A DNA stretch of 64,000 nt. It comes from Dimorphilus gyrociliatus. Lineage: Eukaryota > Animalia > Annelida. Both the position numbers and the translations under genes were made by a program. The notes under the pieces were generated by a model. That model was not told the origin of the DNA and searched no databases. It saw nothing but the letters and a program-made list of their open reading frames with translations. Position 1 is the first letter of the stretch. The number at the start of each line of letters is the position of its first letter. The stretch covers positions 3,218,165 to 3,282,164 of the forward strand of contig CAJFCJ010000005.1 in the NCBI GenBank assembly GCA_904063045.1. The letters run 5' to 3'. This document shows positions 26,923-38,370 of this stretch, piece by piece.

Positions 26923-29805
26923 ATGTTTAAAATTGGTTCCACATTAATGGGGGCCGGAGTAGGATTTGTTGCAGGTGGCCCAGTTGGAGCAATTATAGGC
27001 GGTGTTACAGGTAGGCTGCTAACATTCGAGAATTATTAGCTTAACGAGATTTATACAATATTCTGAATAGTTATTTTAAAGTCAGAGGAGAAAGATGTTT
27101 TAATTGTTTGATAAATATTAAAATTATTTTTTGCAGGCTTACTTGCAGCAACTGTAAACAAGAATGATGTTTCGAATAGTATGAAAAATTTAAAATTGAT
27201 GTCATTCATATCATTTGTTTATATGAGTAAAAAATAGACAGCTATCCGCAGAAAGTTCATTGTGATCCTACAAAATTGGTCGAAAGTGATAGTGCGTATA
27301 TTTTTAAGAAATACAGCTTTTACATTCAAATTCTACTAATTTAGTAAGCCATAATCTTCATGTTAAGTGTCTTGAGTGTTTAAATAGACAGTAGCTTCCC
27401 GTCATTCTGGCAAGATTCGGACAATAGAATTGAAGATGCCACCGTTTCAGTTTTAAGAGGTTCAAATGAATATGAAGATGTTGAAAGACGAATAGCTAGA
27501 AGTATATCAGGAGAACAATGTGTCACAATTAAAAAAGTATTTTTATTATTCATAACCAACATTTATATTTACTTCATTTCTACTATATTCAGATTTTGAG
27601 AGTACAAAATACAGATCTATTCTCTCAATATCGTTTATATAAAGAGAAAATTGATAAAGAAATTAAGGGAAATTCGGATATAGCGCCAGTTTATCATGGA
27701 ACCGAAGAGGATGTTGCAATCAAGCTATGTTTTAAGGGATTTAACAGAAATTTCAATAAAACGGGTTTGAAAAAAATTTATAAATAAAAATTTATCATCG
27801 TTTAGTAGTTAAATTGTTAATAGGGGCATATGGAAAAGGCTCTTATTTTGCTCGAGATATCAAATATTCACTACGTAATCCATACAGTCCTATAAATGAG
27901 CATGGAGAAAAATTTATTTTCGAATGTCAAATTGTCGCTGGAAAGTATTGTAACGGGCATGGTAAAATGAAAGAACCTCCAGAAGGATATCACTCAACAG
28001 TTGATAACGAGAACAATCCAACATTATTTTCAATTTATCACGATAGTGGAAGTTATCAACTATGGTTAATCATTCTTCAGACTGCATCCAAGCCAATACA
28101 AGGAAATTTGCAAGGTATTTTAATATAATACAAGTTATAAAAACTTTTCAACGAAATGTGAAAACAATTGCAGATCTAGATGAGAGACTTGCCAAAAAAA
28201 TGTCTCCAGCGAAATGGAGGGAATGCCTCGATTGTTAGTAGTATGGATGTTTAAATATCCATTGACAAACTGTACAAATTGTAATTTATCGAAAATTTAA
28301 GATAGAGATATGGATTCACTTACGCTAGAAAATTTGAATTTCCCCGATATTTATAAAAGTAAAGGTAAAGAGGATATACCTTTGACGTGGGAAAAGGAAG
28401 GATCTAGATTGAAAGTTGGACTTGTTGAAATAGGGGCAAACAGCAACGAATTTAATGATATCAGTCAGCGTCTAATAGATTTGTCAAGAAAAAATCGTTT
28501 CACAATAAAAAATGTATAGTTGCTTTTCATAATCCTAAAATAGTAAAATTATATTGTTTATGACCAAAAATAGATTTATAGAAATCAGAATAAGGAGTTT
28601 TATAAACTATACATCGCTAGAAGGAAGGCTGTAGCAAAAAAACGAAATATCAAGAAAGTTGAATGGCCGGGAGTTTATTATGAAACATCTGATATGAAAG
28701 CAGGAAGAAAGATATGCTCCAAAGGATTTAATAGAAGTTTTTCCACAAAAAGTTCTAATCAATTAATAATTTTTTACAATTCAATATTTAAAGAATCTGA
28801 TTCAATATATAAATGCATATAATAATGTTATTCCATATCAAAACTTACTCTATTTAACTTTCTCTTTCCTTTAGCTTATCTTGGAGAGGGAACATACTTT
28901 CATAGGACTTCCGCTGGAGTTCTTAAAGAACAAGAATCTGAAGGTAAACTTGAAGGGCAAAAAATTTTGTTAGAATGTCAAATTATTGTTGGATGCTTCT
29001 GTCAAGGATATCTAGATATGAAAGAGCCTGCTAATAATTGCGACTCCACTGTTGACAATATGGATAATCCAAATGAATTTTCAATTTATCATGATAGTGA
29101 TGCCTACCCAGCTTACTTAATTGTTTTTGAAAATGAAACGGAGCGTATCTTGTATACTTCGTCTATATTCAGAATTGTAAAAGATAGAATTGAAAATCAA
29201 AAATCTGATATAATTGCATATAGCTCTCCTTTTACAATGGATTTAAGCTCAAGTAATATTCCACAGTCCTTATGGAATAAAGCAGGAAATGAATTACAAC
29301 AGGAATGTAAGCAGAAGCAGGGAAGTGTAAAATCTGGTGAAATAATTGTAACTGGTGGTTATAACCTTCATTGTAAGAAAATTTTTCATTTAATGTTGGA
29401 AAAGTGTACCAGTTCGTCTGACCATTCGGTAGGTTTCTTAAATTCGTATAAAGTAAGTAAAATATTCACTTCTAATACAACCATTAAAGAAACTAGAAGA
29501 AATAATAAGAAAATGTGTAAAAAAAGCAAAAGATACGAATGCAAAAAGTTTTTCGATACCTGTACTTGGAACAGGAATTCTTAATTATCCTATAGATCTT
29601 TCTTTAAATACAATTAAGAAAATAGGTGAAGAAATATGTGGAGACGGCAGTTTAGAAATTACCATGGTTATATTCGAAGACGACCCTAAACTCTATGATA
29701 TTAAGGATGTTTGTAAAAATACTTTTCGATATTTGTATAAATATAAGAAATTTTAAAAATGATTTTTTGTTTGAACAGGCAGCTAAGAAAATCTTTGGCT
29801 TTTAA
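26923..29805 (+). CDS. Gly-zipper N-terminus + two tandem PARP/ART catalytic domains + C-terminal macrodomain
   Basis: Spliced model: MFKIGSTLMGAGVGFVAGGPVGAIIGGVTG|LLAATV.. ; ART1 with VYHGT (27689-27703), YGKGSYFARDIKYS, CQIVAG, STVDNENNPTLFSIYHD; ART2 with VYYET, LGEGTYFHRTSAG, CQIIVG, STVDNMDNPNEFSIYHDSDAYPAYLI; macrodomain IVKDRIENQKSDIIAY..VTGGYNLHCKKIFH|..SFSIPVLGTGILNYP..|AAKKIFGF*. All junctions are phase-compatible GT-AG. Confidence 0.85.
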
Positions 29806-30012
29806 GTTGAAAACGGAAGTATTAACATAACACTTTTGATCAGAAAGTACTTTATCCTTATGATAAAATCATATTTTATATTATAACTAGTTTTATTTGT
29901 GAAGGATTGTCTGAAAAATGAAATATTTAACTCTGTTTTAACCATTGCTGTTGCTTTGTATTCAATATATCTTTTTCTTATTTTATCATCAACCGCCTTA
30001 TGAAATAAAATT

Positions 30013-30417
30013 TTATTTCCCCATTTTAATAGGTGTACAAACTTCTATTAAGAAACCGTTTATATCACGAAGATATCCCACCTTTTGACCCCACGGTTTC
30101 TCAATAACACTCTCTGCCAACGTGGCTCCAGCGTTTAAAGCCTGTTGAAAATCTTCATCAATATTTTCAGTTGTAAATGCCAATTCAATACCAAAAGCCT
30201 TTTGATCAAGTGAGCTATGTTGAAAACTATTACCAGACTTTAAATTTTGATTAGCTAATTCAAAATTAGCGAAAGATATTGTTGTTTCACCAGAAATTAA
30301 TTCACCATAATCATTCTCCCCAGTTACAAATTTCTCCTTAAATCCAAAAGCATTTTTATAAAATTCAATTGTTTTTGGAACGTTTGCAACATAAAGAATA
30401 GTATACGCAAATTTCAT
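30013..30417 (-). CDS. Bacterial-type VOC/glyoxalase-bleomycin resistance family protein, intronless (HGT candidate)
   Basis: 134 aa with YTILYV..TIEFYKNAFG, DYGEL.SG.TTISFA, GIELAFTT and KPWGQKVGYLRDINGFLIEVCTP, which are classic bacterial VOC-fold motifs. Confidence 0.9.
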   Translation of the reverse strand: MKFAYTILYVANVPKTIEFYKNAFGFKEKFVTGENDYGELISGETTISFANFELANQNLKSGNSFQHSSLDQKAFGIELAFTTENIDEDFQQALNAGATLAESVIEKPWGQKVGYLRDINGFLIEVCTPIKMGK

Positions 30418-30820
30418 TATATTTGATTTCTTGCCACAATATTTTTCTCTTATAATAAAATAATAAGCGGGCCTATTTCTTATTTTGTAGATATCACGTG
30501 ATCGCCTCCATCTTGTCTTTTAGTATTAAATAAATAAAAAGTTGAGTCTTTTAACAATTTAAATTCTATAGCGTTTAAAGAAGTTACTCTCGATATTTTC
30601 TTCAATAATCATCCATTTATAATAGTCTTCATTGTAAAAAATGGAAAATTTAGGCAGATCTTTCAATTAATCTTATAAAACAATCAGATGTCACATAATA
30701 CAGTATAGGCTTTTATAGACTGAAATAGTGAGAAATTGGAATTTTTCGTTTCTATTTTCGTTTTCTAGTAATCGGTTATTCTGAATAAATTTCTCAATTA
30801 TTTAGATCGCATGAATTAAA

Positions 30821-31800
30821 ATGAACACTTATGGACCTTTAATAGCAGGATTGGTTCAAGGCATTTCTGGAGCTTTAAATGAAGGTTCAGCCGGTCTTCT
30901 TCCTGGATTTGTGCAAGGAGTGCAAGGAGTGCGAGGAGTGCAAGGAGTGCAAGGAGTTTTAAATGATAATATTCATAGGAGGGGGAGAGTAAATGGTAAA
31001 TATAATTTTTGCTTTAGAACCAACAATTTTCAAATAAATTATGATTATTTTTCGGTAAAGCCAGTAGACGAATTTCAAGTGCGCCGACTTCATCCTATCC
31101 AGAATTTGTAGAAGGAGAGATCCTTTTTGATGTAGCTCCTTTCCGAATTGTAAAAGACAGACTCGAGAAGCAAACGTGTGATGTTATAGCATACGCCGCT
31201 CCTTTTTCAATGAATCTAAATGCAACTCCACTATCTAAATTACTGTTGAAAGAGGCAGGACATGAATTGCAGATTTCGTGCAATAGAGCAAAACAGAATG
31301 GTGTATTTGCTGATGATATTATTTCAACTGAAGGTTATAACCTTAAAAGCAAACTAGTTTTTCACATGATGATAGAAAAGAATGCTTCCTCTCGTGGTTA
31401 TTCGGTAAGGTCTTATATCTCTCTATATATTTCTCTTTCGTAAAATACAGTAAGTTTAATTGCTTATGAATGTTTTTAGTATATAAGTAAAATGATAAGG
31501 AAATGCTTCGAAAGAGCTAAGGCTGAGAACGCGAAAAGCATTGCAATTCCTATTATCGGTTCAGGAAAGCTTGGTTATTCCATGGAGGAGAGTTTAAAAG
31601 CAATAAAAGATGAAGGCTTAAAATTAATAAAGCAGTGTCAAGAGTGCTCTTGCTACCCTTTAACTATCACGGTGGTAATATTCGGAGGAGATCCTCAATA
31701 TAATGCAATAAAGAGAGTAAGTACATAATGTTTCTCTATACATATGTTTATTAATGAATCTATAATATAGACAGCTGAACAAATATTCTGCTCTGAATGA
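30821..31800 (+). CDS. Stand-alone macrodomain protein with a Gly-rich N-terminus (4 exons)
   Basis: MNTYGPLIAGLVQG..GVQGVRGVQGVQG..|..FRIVKDRLEKQTCDVIAYAAP..PLSKLLLKEAGHELQ..STEGYNLKSKLVFH..|..KSIAIPIIGSGKLGY..|TAEQIFCSE*. Intron positions match the macrodomain of the 26923-29805 gene. Confidence 0.82.
30911..30956 (+). repeat. Coding 9-bp tandem repeat (GTGCAAGGA)x5 encoding VQG/VRG
   Basis: gtgcaaggag tgcaaggagt gcgaggagtg caaggagtgc aaggag. Confidence 0.9.
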
Positions 31801-32205
31801 TTCATGGATTCTACTTAAATATTTAGATGAAGTTATTTGATTGATCATTTGAAGATTCAATAAAATAGCTGCAAGTTCTTGGAGTGGAATATTTACGCAA
31901 TTTACAAAGTATTTAAAGCATGCATAAAAAAGAATACATTATTCATTTATATACTATATATTGAGTTATTTCAATTCTGTTATATAAATTTTAATAGTTA
32001 TTTTTAGTAATCCGTTAAAATTATTTTAATATCTTTATTGGTGTTTATGAAATGCAAGTTATTGCTAAAGATTTAATGTGTCTAACTCTACCAGTTTTTA
32101 AGTTGCGCTTTTTTTTTTTTGAACGATAATAGACACTTTGCGCCGACCGTAATTTACCGTCATATGACAAAAGGGGAGTAACTTCTAATGTTCTAGACAA
32201 TTAAT

Positions 32206-34438
32206 ATGCCGATTCAGACCTTAAGGCAGTTGAGTCTTCATGCTGTTGGACTAAACTATAAAGAAACCCATCAGTACATTAAAAATTTAGATACAACGCT
32301 TCCTGTATCCATAAGCGAGGAGGTTATTCAATCAATAGATAGCATAAATCGTGGAGTAACGGATAATGATCTACTAGACCTTGGAAGACTAAAATTACAG
32401 TTGACTGAGTTCAAAATAAATGGAGCTAAGATAAAGGACTTGAAAAGTCTATGCTTTTTAAAAACTTATCCTATTCAGAAGCTTGATTTAAAACACTTAA
32501 CTGTTTTAAAATCTCTAGACGATTTGGAACGCATTGTCAATGTAGGAAATTTAAGAGAACTTAGTATAAGTTTCTTAGGTAATTCATTGAAAATTAGCAG
32601 AAGTAAATGCAAACATCTAAAATCTCTTACCAAGTTGTATTTAAACCGAACAAATATAAAAAATCATGATTTTATGATTCTATGCGAAGAACTATCAAAT
32701 TTAGAGGAATTAACAGTAAAAGAGTTTACTAATTTATCTATTCATCGGATATTAAAGTTAAAAAAATTGAAAAGTTTAAAATTCGCTGATACTATGAATG
32801 ATACTGAAACTTTCAACGTTTTACGACAATTGAAACATTTGAAAGAAATTCAACTTGATTGCTATTCAAGAGTGAAAATGGAGAATTTAGAAAAATGCTT
32901 TTTTAACTCGGATTGGCAATTAGAAAAACTTGTAGCTCAAGTTGGAAGATGGGATGAAAATTGGTTAAAGAAGATATATAATAGGTATTTATATTATTGT
33001 TTAATGTTAATATTTATAGTAATAATTAATTAATAAGTAATTTTTTCTTAAGAAATTTAAAGATTGAGAAACCAGAATTGAAATTTTGTCATTTAAGTAC
33101 ATTAGATGATTGTTTTGTCTACAATGGAAAGAATACGTATATATGGCAAAGAATGGTGAATCCAAGCTTTAATGGGGTAATTTGTTTATACTTTGTTTTA
33201 ATTAGTGACCAAAAATTTCATAATAAATTATTCTCTCAATTAACAGACTGGAGATTCCAATGATTTAAATCTTCTTTTAGATGTAGCACACAACCTAAAG
33301 GAGGATAAGACATTTTTTATCATTTATAAATTGAATTATATCTTTGACAATAGAAATGATTTCAACTTAACTGAACAAGACTTGAATACTATTTGGAAGG
33401 TAATCAACTTAAAAATACAACTAATACATTCTTTAATTTCTTTTTAAAATATATTCTACTTTTAACAGATAATCTTTGAAATGATTGATAATCAGAAATA
33501 TGCTCGTAACGTTAAAATCTCCACAGATTTTTATCTTCTCGAATATATAAAGTTAATTAATCGAATGTTGGATAAGTCAAACGACGAATATTATTGGATT
33601 AAGTCAATGAATTTTTTTATTGAACTCTTTGATTGGTGTCAATTTCATACAAGAAATGCAAATTTTTATTGCGAAATAAGTAAAACTCTAATTGAAAAGT
33701 GGAAACTTTCTGATAAGGTTTTCTTTTATTTGATAAATTGTATAATAATCCTTTTTCTATATGAATTCTTTATTTTTTTAGGTCATTTCTAAACATAAAA
33801 TGTTTAAGTTACTTATAAAGTTTTTCTACGAAATTTGCGCTGTAAGTAGAGTTACTCACTGTATATTTATATGATGAAATATATGTTATATTTGCCTATT
33901 TTCTCTACTATTTTTAGGAATATAACATTGAAATTGTTGCTAAACGTGAAAATTTACGTAAGTAGTCAACACTTTGAATTATGTATTGATAATTGTCTTA
34001 CCTATAATAAATTCATTAAAGGTTGTGAAGCAAGAGAAGTTGGTCTAGAAGATGCCATTAATATGTTATCCATATGTTTAGAAAAGATGTCAGTAAATAC
34101 TATACTACAAAAGGTTGAATATATATAACTTTAAATTTATATAAACAAAGTCTTAAGAACATTCTCAATTTTAGCTTTCAATTAGAGAAGCAGTGATAGA
34201 AATTGTTGATATTTGCAAAATGCTCTATCAGAGTAATAAGCCGATGGAATTATCGCCGCTGAAGGAGAGTTTTAAAGCTATACTGGGTTATTATAGGTCC
34301 TGTCTCAGAGATTTTATGATAAATAGATTAAATATCATTCCATGCGACGAAAGTGAAAATCTAATTTCAATAATTAGAAAGTATCAGGAACAAATATTAA
34401 ATTGTTTGCATAAGAGAAAGACTTGTGAGGATACTTGA
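32206..34438 (+). CDS. LRR + helical-repeat protein, ZYG-11/ZER1-like family, copy 1
   Basis: N-terminal TLRQLSL..LPVSISEEVI (BC/cullin-box-like), LxxLxL LRRs (LTKLYL, LEELTV, LKSLKF, LKEIQL), then short helical exons; exon pattern shared with four paralogues. Confidence 0.75.
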
Positions 34439-35625
34439 AGAGAAATAAGCTCACAGATTGATTTATCGTGTCAACAGTTATACAATTTAACATATCTTGA
34501 AAAAATTCTATATATTTCAAATTAAGATTTAGCATTTACTTGAAGTGATCTGCTGCATTTTTTTTTCGTTCAGTGCTATTGTTACTTTATCTGGAGAGTT
34601 AAAGAATACAAAACCTTCAACTATAAACTGCCTTTCAATACGCTATTATCAATAGAATTAGTTATGATCGGTCGTTCATCATCTTTTTACCGAGATAATC
34701 ATATTGACTGCTTTATCGAATCACACTATCACAGCTATATAAATTGATGCTAGCATCTGGCTGGCTATTAGATTCAATTTTCCCAGAAAATGTTCTTGAT
34801 GATTATTATCGGGTTGAACACATCATTTTCAATCCACAGAAGTTATTTGTCCTTATTGGTTTTTCCCTTCTTAGCATATATAGCTATATCAAATTTATAA
34901 ATGGGACTTTATTTAATTTCACGAATATATTGTTACTTCTTGCGGGGCTAGTTGCAGTTTATTAATAACTTTACCCTTCATACAAGATATATTTGATATT
35001 TGGGGATTATTTCAATCTCTTCAGTGGCAAAGTTTAGTCAGAATTGTAGAAAACAATTGTAAATTTCCAAATTTTTAGAATCTTCCTCGTTGAAAAGACT
35101 AACATTGTTTGTTCTTGCATTTACCTAATAAAGTCAGAGCCTAAATCATGATAACTTTTCAGTTCAAGACGCAAACAAATCGAATTATGTCTTCAAAGGC
35201 TCTTGATAGTAAATCGCTATCCTGGTGCTTAGCGTACTTAGCAATATCAGTGATATTATAACCAAAGGTATATCGTAACAATTTCACCAGGCGTTGGAAT
35301 TTGAACTTTCATTATTATTTTTACCTGTCGTATATGAATGTAATATCTCTTATTCCATAAACATTCTATTCTTTTATTGTTTATATCATCTAGCAGAATA
35401 TACTGGAAGGATAAATTAGAATACTACAAATTGACCCTATAATAGGTTTGCCCTACACAATTCTCAAAAAGTAAAACATTTAAGAAGTATCTAAAAATAT
35501 AGGATCAATAAATATAATACAAGATTTATAAAAATCAATTAAAAAAAATGCCTTAAAATTTTCCTCATCAACTGAAAAGTCTAAATATTTTCCGAATTTT
35601 AATGTTCAAAAGTGCATTCAAATCA

Positions 35626-37775
35626 TCAATTCTTTTCTGAGTGTAATAGTTTAATAAATTCAATTTTTCTGCCGTTGGTATCAAATGATTTTGTTTCATC
35701 ATCTCTTCTTTTTCCCGTTGCATCTCTAAGGCAAGAAATGTAATAATCTAAAAATTTCCCTTCGCACGCCAAAAAAAAATCGTACACAAAATAGCAGTGT
35801 CTCTCAAAGATATTTGGAAATTCTCTCAACATAACTTCCATCTGTACCTGTGAACATTTAATTTTAAAAATGATTATTAAATAAAGATATTCTAACCTCT
35901 TCAAAAACGTTCGTTTGTGAAATAGGTTCAAAAATTTCATCACAAATTTCGGTACACCATTTCATACAGTTGAAACTAGTTTCATAGTTTTCGTCAGTGA
36001 CTGAAATACATAGGAAAAGTATAAGTAAGCGAGAAGAGAGACGAAACTAATGAATAAATTATTGCCTACTAAAGCCACATCGACATAGAAATCCGAGATG
36101 GTTTGTTTCCTTAATTGAAAGATTCAAACATTATTAACTTCTCATAATTGAAAAGTCAAACCTACATAGATGATATCATATAAAATTTTCATAATCAACT
36201 TGAATATTTTCCATTTAGGCATAATCTAAGATAAAAGATAACATATATATTATTAATATATATATAGTTAGTTCAATTGTTAATTAATATTTTCAACCTT
36301 TTCCACTAGTTTCCAATTTTTCATTAAGATATTTTTTGTCTCTACAAAGAATTCGTGATTCTCAGTTCTAAATTTATTTGTTTCCAAATGTTCTAAAAGT
36401 GTACTAATTATTTTCAACCAATAAATTTCATTTTTTGAAAATTCAGCCATTCGATTAATTATTTCGAAATAGTATCGAAAATGAAATTGAAAAATACTGC
36501 AAAAATCTCTTTCTTTATACTTCATTACTTCGAAAAGTATCTAAGAGTGTCATAACTTTTATAGAATGTTTAATTGATTATCAAAATATTTACCATCCAC
36601 ACTATTTCTATACTTTCTTTAGAAATATTACAATCAGTAAAATTGTTGAGTAAAGAAAGCACCTTTCGAAATATATAATCGTTTTCGTAACCTTTCAAGT
36701 GTTGGGTTAGCATTAAAAGATTGTAAAGGTTATTTACTTCCGTAGACTATAGAAACAGTTAACTAAAAGTTAAGAAATTGAATATTAATCGAGTAATACC
36801 TCTTGATAATCTTTAGATTGAGGGCATTCTATAGTTAATCCCAATTTTTTATCATATATAAAACATTCTTCAGCTGTTTTAATGTAGAGTATTTTGAAAT
36901 TTGAATATTCAGATTTTATATTTCTATAAGACATACATAAAGAGACTTTATTTGCTAAAATAAACTACAGTATATAATTAACATTGTATTTACCTTGTTT
37001 TCACTATATTTAACCAGATTTCACAAGTTTTTGGTGCTCTTATTAACACTTCTTCCAATATATTTTCTGAATTAAAGAGGAACTCTTCCAACGTTTGAAA
37101 GGTTAATTTTGAAAAGAAATTAATATACAACTTCCTTAAACATTTCAACAATGTTAAATATTCAAACATTTTCTCAGTTGAATAATCTCTTTCTATTTGT
37201 CTATTGTTCTTTCCAATTATTATTTTACCATCTACAAAATCATGTGGAAGTATTTCAGAATTATCAGCCAAATCGATAAAAGCTAACTCTTGTAAATTGT
37301 TCAATTCTTTGCATATTATTTGAAAATCTTTAATTTTTGATTCTTTATAAAATATTTCTAATTTAGTTAGATGTTTCAATTGGTAGAATGGATTTATATC
37401 AAAAGTACAATTAAACGAACCAAGACTTTTTAAGCGTTCAATAGATAAGTAATTAATTAATATATCATTTAATGGAAAGTTAATGTCCATTATTTGAAAA
37501 TGTTCAATTGGATGATTTTTCAGAAAATCTAAACTTGTTAGATTATTTAACTTTTTGCCATTAATTCTTAATTCTCGAAATTGAAAATAGTCTGACTTAA
37601 AACTGATGATTTCTTTGTCTGTTAATCCTTGATTTATCTCATCCATAAAATGAAAAATTTGCTCACTCACTGAAAATGGTAATAATGAACCAGATTTATC
37701 ATGCAATGCATTCACTTCTTTAAACTTTAATCGAATTAGCTCGAGACTAAGTTGTTTTAAAGTTGGTATAGACAT
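35626..37775 (-). CDS. LRR + helical-repeat protein, ZYG-11/ZER1-like family, copy 2
   Basis: MSIPTLKQLSLELI..LLPFSVSEQIF; LRRs; paralogous exons (YFEIINRMAEFSKNEIYWLK, FLDYYISCLRD). Confidence 0.75.
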
Positions 37776-38370
37776 TTTTTACTTTAAGAAACATTTGTTC
37801 CACAAGACCGATGTGGAAAATTATATTATCGCTCAAGGAAATCTGGTAGCTATTCTATTAGTCATTCGGTGAATAAACTCTATAAAATTGGTATTAAAAT
37901 CCTAAATACTATCACATATTTTTACAATTACCACTTAATATTCAACACATCTGAGAAGTTTATAAAGTTTTCTTTCTTAGAAATAAGATAAAAGTCAAAC
38001 TCTAACTGCTTTATCATTTAAGTTGATAAACATTGAAAATTATTGTATAAAAGTTTAAAGAACACTACACAAACTCATAGAACAAATAAGTTAACAAATA
38101 TAAATTCACAGATAAATAGCATAAAAGCTCTAACAGAAGATTTGTTATTATTACATAAGATTGGTAAGTATACACTTTTTTTCATTATTAGAAACATTTC
38201 AAGCAACAAACAAACAGGATCATATTTGTTTGTGTGTTTAAGTTATTCTTTTTTGTTAATTCTTAAAGATATAACTTATTCCTTCATGTTATAAAATAAT
38301 GAATAATATACTAATAATATCTTCTTCCGTTTCTCATCCATCCTCCTTGCCCTCTCTACTACTCTTTCCT

